64,000 bases of DNA from Candidatus Obscuribacteraceae bacterium. Lineage in GTDB: Bacteria > Cyanobacteriota > Vampirovibrionia > Obscuribacterales > Obscuribacteraceae. Below are positions 1 to 9,710 of this stretch, in pieces (the first letter of the stretch is position 1; each line of letters opens with the position of its first letter). The stretch lies in contig JBGAHS010000002.1 in the NCBI GenBank assembly GCA_044226015.1, positions 529,571 through 593,570 on the forward strand. The letters run 5' to 3'. The position numbers and the translations under genes were made by a program. The notes under the pieces were generated by a model. That model saw nothing but the letters and a program-made list of their open reading frames with translations, made no database searches and was not told where the DNA came from.

Positions 1-2334
1 AGAGGTGACCTTAACAGTACCGCCGACCGCACCAACTCCGCCATTCCCCCCTACTGCTGCATTCCCAGCCGCACCTGAAATCGCAGCGATAGAACTGCCG
101 CCAATACCTCCATTTCCACCATCGCCACCGCTGGATAAGACAGCAAGCGCACTCAGGTCGATTTTTGACCCGGAAACGGTGAAACTTCCTCCAGCGCCGC
201 CAGCCCCACCGTTGCCCCCCTTCGTCCCAGCGCGGTCGACCGAGTCGCCTCCAGCGCCATCGCCTCCCGCACCTCCATCACCCCCATACGCCAAAACATT
301 GCCACTCATCGTGACGATACCATTGGCAGTGATCGACACATTACCCGCTTTGCTGCCGGCTCCCCCTGCAGCGCCAGCAAGAGACGGTAGTTTCCCACTC
401 GCCCCAACACTCCCATTTGCTCCAAAAGTAGAAAAGGTGACCCCAGTAGCAGTGATATCGCCGGTAGAGGAGAGCGCCAGACCGCCCGAGCTGTGCCCTG
501 ACCCCGCACCAATCAGGGAGATATCGCTGTTCAAGCTCATACCGGACGTTCCAGACTTCATTGTCACTGAGCCACCAGAAGCTGAAAGAGGAAGGGAGGC
601 TGGTAATACAATGCCTCCTGAACTTATTGCACCAGCAGTCAAAGTTCCCGTGAAGCTACCGTCTGACTTCGCAGTGATGCTACCACTGGCAGTGCTATTA
701 GCCACCAGTATGGCAGGTGCGCTATTCGTTGCAGTGGAACTTGCAAGAATTCTCGGGACACTTATTGCGCCGGGAGCAATAATGGTTACGTTACCGGCTT
801 TTGCAGTTGTTGAACCAACGAAAGTATTGCTTGTGTTAACGGTTCCAATGCCAAAATCTATCTTTCCAGTTGTGCTGCCGTTCCCGTAAGCCACTGCTAT
901 GACACTGCCACCATTGGCGTTCAGACCACCAGAACTCGCATCAATAGTACAAGTACTACAACTAATGTTGCCGCCAAAAGCCGATACTCCTGAAGCCTTA
1001 ATTGTTTGCGTGCCTGTCAGCGGACTTGAAGCACCAGCGCTCGGAGTCAACTTGACTCCCGCAATTATCGTTATATTGAATCCCTGACTGCCTGGTCCCG
1101 AGGTGGATTGTATAGTACTATTCGCCAACGCAATGTCGCCTTCACTAAGAAGCGTTATAGCTTGCCCAGTCGATATAGAGCCGGGAGTGAGAGTGCCTCC
1201 ACCAGCCAACCATATGGTCGGGTCGCCGCTGACAGCACTCGATGCGATGTTCAAGTCACCACTCTTTGAGCCAACATATGCGGACCCCGCACTGAAATTA
1301 AGGGGAGCATCAAGGCGATTTACTCCGATATTGAGCTGACCCAACCCCGCATCAACATTCAATGCGCTACCCGAATAATCACCACCTATCATAGAAAGGA
1401 TGTTGGTCTTCCCAGCGCCACCATGATCAATATTGATACTTCCATTGATTGATTGGATCAGTCCACCCGTGCTGTTTATTATCAGATTGCTCACATTGCT
1501 CAGAGCAGCAGTGGCGGCAGCCCCTGCTGCCACCTGGCTTGCGATGTTAGCCAGGTCTGTAACTCTAGTGATCTGTTGAGCGATATTAACACTGTTGACG
1601 GCTTGCATAACACCAGCATTGGAAATTTGAGGTGACGTTATGTTGGTGTTGTTTAGTGCAGAAAGCGTAGCGCCGGAAGTGTTGATTAGCTGAGTTCCGG
1701 CAACAAGATTCAAATTAGCAGCACTGGAGATGATGCCAGAATTCAAAATTTGTTGACTAGCAATGAGTGAAAGATTCAAGTTAGGAATTGCATTCATGAA
1801 GCCAGCAAGACCTGTCGTTGGAAGAACACTGGAAATCGTTCCAGTCATTGCGTTATGAATGTTAGTCGCGCCCAGGATAGCATTTGTTGAGGCGCTGTTA
1901 GTTGAAAGAGCATAAAAAGTGCCATAGTTAGTGATGTTGCCAGCCACATTGAAGGCAGACCCATTGCTGAAGTCGCCAATCACAGTGACGTTGCGTGGAA
2001 CCGTCACCATGGAATAACTGCTGGCAGTATTCAAAACAACAGACCCACCAGTTGCATTTCCCAGCACACCCAGTTGTATCGATTGAGACCCCGTGTTCAT
2101 CACTTGCTGCGCCGCCACCCATTGGGCTGGAGTCAGTTTTGAACCTGCGTTAACTACGAGATTTTGCCCGCCGTTGAGAATAGTCAGAGGACTCGTCACC
2201 GAATCCGGCACGATGACAGATTTACTGTGGCTTGCCAGATTCAAATTTTCTGCTGCGAAAACTGAACCGGAGTTCGCTAACAACAGAGATAGGGCAACGA
2301 ACTTACTTGTTTGACGTGAACGCAATAATGTCAT
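1..2334 (-). CDS. Giant secreted Gly/Ser/Thr/Asn-rich protein (filamentous haemagglutinin/PE-PGRS-like repeats), N-terminal part only; runs off window start
   Basis: Manual translation from ATG at 2334 (GGAG RBS upstream): MTLLRSRQTSKFVALSLLLANSGSVFAAENLNL... with signal peptide; I saw no stop through to position 1; contains GGDGGAGGDGAGG and GGNGGAGGAGG repeats. Absent from the ORF track, consistent with no in-window stop. Confidence 0.8.
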   Translation of the reverse strand, partial: MTLLRSRQTSKFVALSLLLANSGSVFAAENLNLASHSKSVIVPDSVTSPLTILNGGQNLVVNAGSKLTPAQWVAAQQVMNTGSQSIQLGVLGNATGGSVVLNTASSYSMVTVPRNVTVIGDFSNGSAFNVAGNITNYGTFYALSTNSASTNAILGATNIHNAMTGTISSVLPTTGLAGFMNAIPNLNLSLIASQQILNSGIISSAANLNLVAGTQLINTSGATLSALNNTNITSPQISNAGVMQAVNSVNIAQQITRVTDLANIASQVAAGAAATAALSNVSNLIINSTGGLIQSINGSINIDHGGAGKTNILSMIGGDYSGSALNVDAGLGQLNIGVNRLDAPLNFSAGSAYVGSKSGDLNIASSAVSGDPTIWLAGGGTLTPGSISTGQAITLLSEGDIALANSTIQSTSGPGSQGFNITIIAGVKLTPSAGASSPLTGTQTIKASGVSAFGGNISCSTCTIDASSGGLNANGGSVIAVAYGNGSTTGKIDFGIGTVNTSNTFVGSTTAKAGNVTIIAPGAISVPRILASSTATNSAPAILVANSTASGSITAKSDGSFTGTLTAGAISSGGIVLPASLPLSASGGSVTMKSGTSGMSLNSDISLIGAGSGHSSGGLALSSTGDITATGVTFSTFGANGSVGASGKLPSLAGAAGGAGSKAGNVSITANGIVTMSGNVLAYGGDGGAGGDGAGGDSVDRAGTKGGNGGAGGAGGSFTVSGSKIDLSALAVLSSGGDGGNGGIGGSSIAAISGAAGNAAVGGNGGVGAVGGTVKVTS

Positions 2335-2568
2335 GACTTTCTCCAGCAAAGTGCTTTGCGGATTTTACAAGATCTGCAGTATATATGTATGAGAATTGTT
2401 GCCTATCAACAACAGCTACAGAAGCGGATAGTCAGGCGAATGCTGTCATTACACTTCGCAACCAAGCCGCGGTAAAGCCGCCCGATTTGCTGACTGCTCA
2501 AGTCACAGGGAAAAGCACACCGGGATCCAGGATTAGCAGCCAAGCTCCAGGATTAGCGACCCGCTTAT

Positions 2569-3300
2569 TTAGAACTTCAGCTTTTTGAACACAAACCACG
2601 GAGTCAACCTGAGCGCCAGGCAAATGAACGTCCAAAAAGCCGGAAAGTATGCAAAGCCACTCTTGCCAGTTCGACTGACTATAAACGCAGCAGCATCTTC
2701 TGGTTCAGCGGCAGGAAAAGGCAATTTCTTTCCAGCAGTTTGCGCTGTTTTCAAAAAACCCAACTGATAAAGCTGAACTTTGATATTGCTAGACCCGCAA
2801 CGATGCTGAACACTTTCATAAAAGCTCTGGAGCCCTCTTTTTGCTGCCGCATAGGCAATGTTAGAGCTGCGCCCCCTTTCAGAAGCGACTGATCCAAAAA
2901 ACGCTAGCAACCCACCATTACGCTGAAGCATTTCTGGCAAGTACGCAGCAGTCAGCGCCATTATTGAAGACAAATTACTGGACACAATTCTTTCAATATC
3001 CTCTGCGCCGAGTGAGCCATCGTCATCTAGTCGAGAATAACCGATTGGAAAATAAATTCCGTCCACCTGTCCTAAGTTGCTTGCAGCAAGCTTCACTTTG
3101 TTGACGCTGTCGCTATCACAGCGCATGCGCTGTGCAACAACTTCGACTTTCACTGAATGCCTGATACGTACATCAGCAGCTAAAGCATCGAGGTCTTCCT
3201 GGTTACTCGCGACAATAACCAGATTGTGCTTCTTCGCTGCCAGTTGATCCACCAGTGCTCGCCCAAGTCCTTGCGAAGCACCAACAACTATAAAATTCAC
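2569..3300 (-). CDS. Short-chain dehydrogenase/reductase, DprE2-like
   Basis: GASQGLG Rossmann motif; GSVASERGRSSNIAYAAAK (YxxxK) resembles DprE2; 4-bp overlap with DprE1-like gene. Confidence 0.8.
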   Translation of the reverse strand: MNFIVVGASQGLGRALVDQLAAKKHNLVIVASNQEDLDALAADVRIRHSVKVEVVAQRMRCDSDSVNKVKLAASNLGQVDGIYFPIGYSRLDDDGSLGAEDIERIVSSNLSSIMALTAAYLPEMLQRNGGLLAFFGSVASERGRSSNIAYAAAKRGLQSFYESVQHRCGSSNIKVQLYQLGFLKTAQTAGKKLPFPAAEPEDAAAFIVSRTGKSGFAYFPAFWTFICLALRLTPWFVFKKLKF

Positions 3301-4670
3301 AAGCCCAACCTTTCTGACAACTCTGATTTGTAAATCCGCTTTGAATCGAACTCTCGCAACAAACGCCTGAATCTATCGCACTCTGGATAAGCCTTCTCTA
3401 TTAATTCTCGGGGTAAGCGAGAGTCCTTGATGATATTAGGAATGCCACCACAATCAAGGATTAGTTTATCAAGATAAGACAGAAATTTCGGCGACTGACT
3501 TGAACGCGCAAAGTTCAAAGCAAAGCAAATGCCGTCCCCCGAAAAGCGCAACAGATCCTGCTTTCCAGCAAACAATTTGCCTGAAGCCAGAGTAATTGAA
3601 ATCTTGTTTTTTGAAAGATAGTTCTTAACACCATCAATGTATTGTAAAAAATTGCTCTCAGGCACGACAACCTGATATTCATGAAAACCAGCAGCGCCAA
3701 AGAATTTGAAATACAACTCTTTGCTGTTTTGTATCGGGAAAATACTATCGAAAAGCGACATATTAAAGCTTGCCCCTGCCGAACCGCAGCGCGCACCATA
3801 CATCAAATTCATGAGTTTTACTGTTATGGGGTTAAACACGGGTATCACAAAACTGCCCCTTCCGGCAGCATTTAGAGATTGATCCGCAGCAAGCTTAGGG
3901 CTCCTAATCGACTCTGCGATTTCAGCAGTAAACTTTCCTTCCTGAACAAACCCTTTGCCAAATTCAGACCCAGCACGCGTAAAATCATGCCAGGACAATA
4001 CAAAGTCGGCTTCGTCCGCAGACTTGCGCAACTGAGATGGCAGCAATTCAATTGATTCAAGTGGCTTCAAAGTTACTTTGGCGTTAGACGATGGAATCTT
4101 CTTCAGATTCAACTTGCAAGAAACGATGTTTCCTGTCAGCCCATAGGCACCGCACGTCAGGCGAAAGAGCTCCGGGTCCGAATCAGCCGACAGCTCAATC
4201 AGACCATGAGCAGGATGAAACAACTTTAGAGAAAGAACCTGATTAATGAAGGTTCCATCCAGAAATTGGTTTTTGCCATGAATGTCTGGCGCGATACAGC
4301 CGCCCACAGATATCCGCGGGTGACCAGGCTGCGTGGCTAGAAATAGATTCTTTTGAATCGCAAAATCATAGAGCTGACCCAAACTTGCACCCGCTTCTAT
4401 TTCGATCCATTTCCCCGATTCATTGAAGTCAATTATCTTGCTGAGACAAGAATGATCGATTGAAACAGCTCCATCAGCAAAACTAGCAGGTGTGTACGAA
4501 AGACCCGCTCCACGCGCAATATAGAAGCGCCCCGGTTCAAAGCTGCCCTTTTCAAAAAAGGAATTGTCCTCTGGATGCGCGCAAGAAGCAGCCACCCGAG
4601 TGGACCCATCAAAGGAAACGAAACGCTGATTCTCAATTCGAGCAGGCAGCACAGAAGCAGAAGGCATCAC
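3297..4670 (-). CDS. FAD-binding oxidoreductase, DprE1-like (polyprenyl-phospho-sugar 2'-oxidase family)
   Basis: ARGAGLSY, SVGGCIAPDIHGKN, KDSR and terminal SELSERLGL motifs match the DprE1 family. Confidence 0.85.
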   Translation of the reverse strand: MMPSASVLPARIENQRFVSFDGSTRVAASCAHPEDNSFFEKGSFEPGRFYIARGAGLSYTPASFADGAVSIDHSCLSKIIDFNESGKWIEIEAGASLGQLYDFAIQKNLFLATQPGHPRISVGGCIAPDIHGKNQFLDGTFINQVLSLKLFHPAHGLIELSADSDPELFRLTCGAYGLTGNIVSCKLNLKKIPSSNAKVTLKPLESIELLPSQLRKSADEADFVLSWHDFTRAGSEFGKGFVQEGKFTAEIAESIRSPKLAADQSLNAAGRGSFVIPVFNPITVKLMNLMYGARCGSAGASFNMSLFDSIFPIQNSKELYFKFFGAAGFHEYQVVVPESNFLQYIDGVKNYLSKNKISITLASGKLFAGKQDLLRFSGDGICFALNFARSSQSPKFLSYLDKLILDCGGIPNIIKDSRLPRELIEKAYPECDRFRRLLREFDSKRIYKSELSERLGL

Positions 4671-5659
4671 GGTTGTAGTGCGCTAGATTTGCGATCAATT
4701 ACGAAGTTCGGGCGACCCAAAGTATTTTTGTGCACGCGAGCAACATAGATTGCGATGAAAGACAAAGTTGCTCCCACATATGTCGCAAATGCAAAAAACG
4801 TTGCCACCAACCACCATTTGTTGTCCGTTAAGACGTAAGCAGAAGGCAACATAACCATCGCAAGAAGCCAGAATGGCAATGTGTAAATTGGAACGCGCAA
4901 AAACAGAGTAGATGAGGACAAAATACCCGCGACGGCAAATTTCGTCATTGTCACAAAGTTATAGTGTGAATCACCAGCTATTCTTTTATGACGCTTGTAA
5001 GTGATTCCCCGGCGCTTAAAACCAACTCGCCCGATAGAAGCACGAATGAATGGAAATGAAGTATTGTCCTGGATGATTGCATCGCGAACTTCGGCAGTCA
5101 TCAGCGAGAACTCCGCCATATCGAGGATGACTTCCTCGTCTGCAAGAGCTCGCAGAACTCGATAAAAAACCTTGCGTAAAAACTTGACGTACTCTGGCTC
5201 TTCGCGATCAGTACGTTCCCCATAAACTATGTCATAGCCTTCTTCGTGCGCCTGAATGAACTCAAGCAACATTTCGGGCGGGTCCTCACAATCCACGTCG
5301 ATGAACGCGAAAAGGTCTCCCTTGCAATTGCGCAAACCACATTCCAGAGAGCGCTGGTACCCGACGTTTGAACTTAAAGAAATCACATAAACGCGCTTAT
5401 CAATTTTGCGAAGTTCTTCTATGGAACCCAGAGTCGAATCTGTCGAAGCATTATTTGAAAACACCAGACTGACATCGTAAGTCTTGCCCAAATCTGCCAT
5501 TACGGGCTTCATGCGCTCGTAAAAGAGTGGGATTACTTTCGCCTCATTATGTACAGGACAGATGATCGTCAATCGCTGACGCCCCGGTTTGGCATCTATG
5601 AGCAAATTTGCATCACTTGCTTGCAAACTCTGAATTTGGCTTCCTGTAAGCGTTTCCAT
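4667..5659 (-). CDS. GT2 glycosyltransferase, GtrB/ArnC-like polyprenyl-phosphate glycosyltransferase
   Basis: CPVHNE, IDVDCEDPPE (DxD), two C-terminal TM helices, RPNFVI tail; likely start ATG 5659 (ORF track extends to 5737). Confidence 0.85.
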   Translation of the reverse strand: METLTGSQIQSLQASDANLLIDAKPGRQRLTIICPVHNEAKVIPLFYERMKPVMADLGKTYDVSLVFSNNASTDSTLGSIEELRKIDKRVYVISLSSNVGYQRSLECGLRNCKGDLFAFIDVDCEDPPEMLLEFIQAHEEGYDIVYGERTDREEPEYVKFLRKVFYRVLRALADEEVILDMAEFSLMTAEVRDAIIQDNTSFPFIRASIGRVGFKRRGITYKRHKRIAGDSHYNFVTMTKFAVAGILSSSTLFLRVPIYTLPFWLLAMVMLPSAYVLTDNKWWLVATFFAFATYVGATLSFIAIYVARVHKNTLGRPNFVIDRKSSALQP

Positions 5660-5851
5660 GATTCCGCCGCTAACGATTTCCCGAGGAAAGTTGTCTTTAA
5701 CAACTATAGTCCTTTTCAACTGATAGGATATAGCCATGTTGACTTCGCTTCAATGTCAGTGCGCTAACAAAAGCGAAGAGATTTATAAAATGATGAAATC
5801 ACGTTCATCGTTTGTAAGACTGGAAAGCATACTCTCACAAAGGGGTAGTTC

Positions 5852-6694
5852 GTGAAAGCAGTAATTCTTGCGGGTGGATTAGGAACACGTCTATCGGAAG
5901 AAACCGGCGTGAAACCAAAACCCATGGTCGAGGTCGGTGGCAAACCTATCCTCTGGCACATTATGAAAATTTACTCTGCTTTTGGAATCAACGATTTTGT
6001 TGTTTGCTGCGGTTACAAGGGCTACATGATCAAGGAATACTTCGCGAATTACGCGCTGCATTCAGCTGATGTCACGTTCGACTTGTCTCGCAGAAGCATC
6101 GAATATCACAACAACGGCTCTGAAGACTGGCGCGTCACCTTGATCGATACCGGCGCTGAAACAATGACAGGCGGGCGCCTGAAGCGCGTTGCTAAATTCG
6201 TTAATGACGAAACATTCTGCATGACTTACGGCGATGGTGTCAGTGACATCAATATTGCGAAACTCGTCGAGTTTCATAAGCGCAACAAAGTGGCAGCCAC
6301 AGTATCTGCTGTGCAGCCCCCCGGAAGATTTGGATCACTCTCAATTAACAGTGACAAGGTAGATGCATTCGTAGAGAAACCAGTTGGCGATGGCGGATGG
6401 ATCAACGCAGGATTTTTCGTTCTCGAACCAAAAGTGCTCGATTATATTTCCGGCGATCACACCATTTGGGAAAACGAACCGCTTGAGAGGCTTGCAGCAG
6501 ACGGACTGCTAGCAGCATACAAGCATAGCGGTTTCTGGCATGCAATGGATACCATGCGCGATTGCAAACAGCTAAATACAATGTACGAGTCAGGTAAGGC
6601 ACCATGGATGGTGTGGAACAAATCAGAAGAACCTAAACGCGTTGAAGAAGTAACCGACTTCTCGCCTACCGTACCGCGCACGACTCGCGTATAG
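5852..6694 (+). CDS. rfbF: Glucose-1-phosphate cytidylyltransferase
   Basis: ILAGGLGTRLSEET..KPKPMVE, TMTGGRLKR, TYGDG, GFWHAMDT motifs. Confidence 0.93.
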   Translation: MKAVILAGGLGTRLSEETGVKPKPMVEVGGKPILWHIMKIYSAFGINDFVVCCGYKGYMIKEYFANYALHSADVTFDLSRRSIEYHNNGSEDWRVTLIDTGAETMTGGRLKRVAKFVNDETFCMTYGDGVSDINIAKLVEFHKRNKVAATVSAVQPPGRFGSLSINSDKVDAFVEKPVGDGGWINAGFFVLEPKVLDYISGDHTIWENEPLERLAADGLLAAYKHSGFWHAMDTMRDCKQLNTMYESGKAPWMVWNKSEEPKRVEEVTDFSPTVPRTTRV

Positions 6695-6787
6695 CACTCC
6701 CAATCGGCGATAGTGGCCCCACCGTTTCGAACGAATCCACTCGCACTCGGTACACTTGCATAAACAAATACAGACCCGCCTGCTAAT

Positions 6788-6821
6788 GCACTCACCTGAG
6801 GCACTCACCTGATGCACTCGC
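6788..6821. repeat. Short 13-bp tandem repeat (GCACTCACCTGAK x ~2.5)
   Basis: gcactcacctgag gcactcacctgat gcactcgc in convergent gap between rfbF and the SGNH gene. Confidence 0.7.
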
Positions 6822-6853
6822 AGCGCCGGTATTCTTGCCACCTCTTAGAAGGA

Positions 6854-8371
6854 CTATTTCAAATAGCCGCTATCTCTCAATTTCTCGGACAGGAAATCAA
6901 CAAACTGCACCGACCCAGTCCCATTTAAGTGAACAGTGTCAAAAAAACTACTGTTTGGTAGGTGCATGTTCTCGCAATCAATAAACAGAGAAGCAGTGGG
7001 TCCAACTCTTCTAAGTTCACTCAGGTAAGCCTCTCTCAATCCTGCTGGACTCAGAGTCTTATGCCCCTCACTCACAGGCATGTTTATCAAGATCAGTTGA
7101 ATGTTGTGCTTCTTACAAAGTGCTATCACTTCCTGCAGCTGCTCCATTTCACTTTGGAGGCGCTTATAATTTGCAGGTGTATATCGCTGTTGATAATCCA
7201 GCGTCGCAAGCGGTGGTTCTGAAGACGGGGTAGAACTAAACAAGTCTTGATTTACTTTCGCTGAAATATGCCGCTTGGAAGGCGGCGCGCCCAAACTCCT
7301 AGACGGATCCCCTTCAGCTTTAGCGGGATCCGCGGACTTAGCCACTCGTGCCCCAGCAACTTTAGCGAGATCCGTAGACTTAACCACTTGTGCCCCAGCA
7401 ACCTTAACGGGATCCGCAGACTTAACCACTTGCTCCCCAGCAACCTTAACGGGATCCGCAGACTTAACCACTTGCTCCCCAGCAAGTTTAACGGGATCCG
7501 CAGACTTAGCCACTTGCTCCCCAGCAACCTTAACGGGAGCAGCAGACTTAGCCGCTTGTGCCCCAGCAACATTAGCTTGATTCGACTCCGGGACATTCAC
7601 CGCAGGTGGTGGCGCCGCAAGCTTCTTGTTCAAATCACCAAGAATAAACGCCAGCTCTATTGAACTTGGATGGTGGAAAGTCTTGCATGCTACATGTTCA
7701 GCACTTATTCTGAATTCGTTGCGCAAATCATACAGCTTGCATAAAGCAGCAACACTCAAATCAGAAAAAGAAGGAAAGTGCGCCAGTTCTGAAATATGAC
7801 CAAGCAGATATTGTGCATTACACAAAGCCTTGTAATAAGGTGTTTCCCCAGGTGGAGGATTCACATTATCAACAAAATCACGCAAACCTAAACCGTATAT
7901 CAGCGCCTTTGGAGCTTTGTTGGCAGCAATAGCTCGCTCAATCACAAGCTTGCTATCAGAGACCATACAGGCGGCACCAGCAAAATTGAAAACTGTAAAA
8001 TCCTTGTTACTCAGCTCTTTCAGCTTGTTCTGAAAGTAGCCAGCTTCGGGATATGACTGCAGCAGATTCAGCTTCAAACTTCTAATTCGATCACCTTCTT
8101 TCAAGTCAAAGAAAGGAGGCCGCTCAGTGTAAAAGAAGGCGCACATAGGAAGCGACGAGCCAACAATCATGAAGTCGGCTGATTTTGACTTCGTCAACTT
8201 GTCCATTTTGTAGCGTAAAGCAGCTTTGGACAACTCAAGGTTGGGCTGCGCTGTATGCGGCACAGCTTGCAAGGGACGCAGCAAACCCCAGGTCAGATTG
8301 GCAACGACAAATAGAGCTACGATCCAAAGGAAAGTGCTCGTCATTACTTTGCTCGTCGGTGCCTCGTTCAT
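6854..8371 (-). CDS. Membrane-anchored SGNH-like (DUF1574/DltD/AlgJ-type) acyltransferase partner
   Basis: N-terminal TM helix, VGSS block I, C-terminal FFDTVHLN (DxxH); near MBOAT gene. Confidence 0.75.
   Translation of the reverse strand: MNEAPTSKVMTSTFLWIVALFVVANLTWGLLRPLQAVPHTAQPNLELSKAALRYKMDKLTKSKSADFMIVGSSLPMCAFFYTERPPFFDLKEGDRIRSLKLNLLQSYPEAGYFQNKLKELSNKDFTVFNFAGAACMVSDSKLVIERAIAANKAPKALIYGLGLRDFVDNVNPPPGETPYYKALCNAQYLLGHISELAHFPSFSDLSVAALCKLYDLRNEFRISAEHVACKTFHHPSSIELAFILGDLNKKLAAPPPAVNVPESNQANVAGAQAAKSAAPVKVAGEQVAKSADPVKLAGEQVVKSADPVKVAGEQVVKSADPVKVAGAQVVKSTDLAKVAGARVAKSADPAKAEGDPSRSLGAPPSKRHISAKVNQDLFSSTPSSEPPLATLDYQQRYTPANYKRLQSEMEQLQEVIALCKKHNIQLILINMPVSEGHKTLSPAGLREAYLSELRRVGPTASLFIDCENMHLPNSSFFDTVHLNGTGSVQFVDFLSEKLRDSGYLK
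7319..7570 (-). repeat. In-frame 42-bp tandem repeat x6 (VAGEQVVKSADPVK)
   Basis: GGGATCCGCAGACTTAACCACTTGCTCCCCAGCAACCTTAAC-like units at 42-bp period. Confidence 0.92.
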
Positions 8372-8520
8372 TTATTAGCTCATGATAATAAAAGCACTGA
8401 AGAGCCAATAATAACAGGTTTTCAACAGCCAAACCTGTCCATTTGCTCATAAGCAGAAAAGCTTGCTAGCAGGACCTTTCCGCCCTTAGAAACCGTAACA
8501 GAAAGCAACAAGATTCGCCT

Positions 8521-9558
8521 CTAAGTTATCAGCTTGCGCTGAGCCGAAGTCTTTTCAGAAGCAAGCTTCTTTACCTTTGCCTGCGCATCCTTCGCCGCAA
8601 CAAAGAGTTCTTTCAGCCTCCCTGCCTTTGCCGGGCAACGGTTGGCAGCTACAGGTTGAAAGAAAATCCAGTTGACGAACCAGGTTTGCTGCGCGGTTTC
8701 GAAGCTCATAAATGCGCCAAAAGACTTCACTTTCCGTATACGTGCCCACTCAACGTACTGAGGACGCTCGCCATCACGCTTGAAGATGACACCATTCTTG
8801 CCGCACCGAATCAATTTTACACTCGACTTCAAACTGACATAGACATAAATTGATGCCACCGCTGCCAGTACCACCGGAAGCGCTATTGACCAGAGTTCAT
8901 TAATGATTGGCACCTTACCGGTACTTAGAATAGTAATCAGCGGTCCCAGCACAACAGCTGATAGAAAAGCAGCAGCAGGCAGCTCCATCTGCTCGTTTCC
9001 TGTTTCAGCAACAATAGAATTGATTTCAAAATCATCTACTTCTCGATTAGGCATTCGCTCTTTGATTTGTTGAAATAGATCGACAGCTCTTTCCATGTCT
9101 TGTGGGAAGAAGTAATTTTCGCCAGAGGTTTGAATCACATATTCTGCCTGAACAGTCGGAAAGACAGCTTCCACCCCCTGCCAGGGAATAACCTTCTCCC
9201 CAGAGGAATTTCTCACAGAGACACCAAACTCGTTAACCTTAAAGCTCAAACCGCGAGACTCATGCTCAGCCAAAATACGCCGCCAGATTGACATAATGTA
9301 TAGAAAGAGCGGTGAGCAGGGAACGGCAATAGTTGCGAGCATCTTCAGATCAAAACTGGAACTTGCGAAAATGAAAAGTAAAAACGCCGGAAACAAAATC
9401 ATGAACAGAAGGCAATTCAACGACAGCCCCGAGAATTTGAATCTCTTCCAGCGAGCTAACGACTCGCCGGATAGCGCGAATTCATTCTGATTACTTGCGC
9501 TGACGATTTTTAAGTCTTCTTGCCTCAGGCGATTCGGCTCAGATGGCTGCATTTCCAT
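8521..9558 (-). CDS. Hypothetical membrane protein with two TM-hairpin + PH-like modules
   Basis: Two hydrophobic pairs, each followed by GV....I.W..V/I motifs typical of bacterial PH-like domains. Confidence 0.6.
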   Translation of the reverse strand: MEMQPSEPNRLRQEDLKIVSASNQNEFALSGESLARWKRFKFSGLSLNCLLFMILFPAFLLFIFASSSFDLKMLATIAVPCSPLFLYIMSIWRRILAEHESRGLSFKVNEFGVSVRNSSGEKVIPWQGVEAVFPTVQAEYVIQTSGENYFFPQDMERAVDLFQQIKERMPNREVDDFEINSIVAETGNEQMELPAAAFLSAVVLGPLITILSTGKVPIINELWSIALPVVLAAVASIYVYVSLKSSVKLIRCGKNGVIFKRDGERPQYVEWARIRKVKSFGAFMSFETAQQTWFVNWIFFQPVAANRCPAKAGRLKELFVAAKDAQAKVKKLASEKTSAQRKLIT

Positions 9559-9710
9559 TTAACGCCTCGCAAACTCACGGCATAAAGATCAATCATAACA
9601 CTTAGTGCGCAATGGCAAGAATTACCTTTGTAAAACACGCCAACCGCCGTTGGTATAACATGAACGCACACCCATGTTTGACCTCAGCCTAAATCGACTG
9701 CTTAAAAGGT

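Noticed and set aside
5..2314. Pro-rich + strand ORFs (5-889, 899-1087, 1103-1339, 2093-2314)
   Set aside because: Antisense shadows of the Gly-rich - strand gene (GGN codons read as CCN)
2527..2558. TCCAGGATTAGC direct repeat x2 downstream of the DprE2-like gene
   Set aside because: Only two short copies and no functional cue
7252..7663. Alternative-frame repetitive ORFs over the 42-bp repeat, or a CRISPR
   Set aside because: By-products of an in-frame coding tandem repeat; no spacers
8235..8450. Small hydrophobic ORF as a DltX-like peptide
   Set aside because: Overlaps the SGNH gene, lacks the terminal FIY..F motif, and the MBOAT already carries that motif
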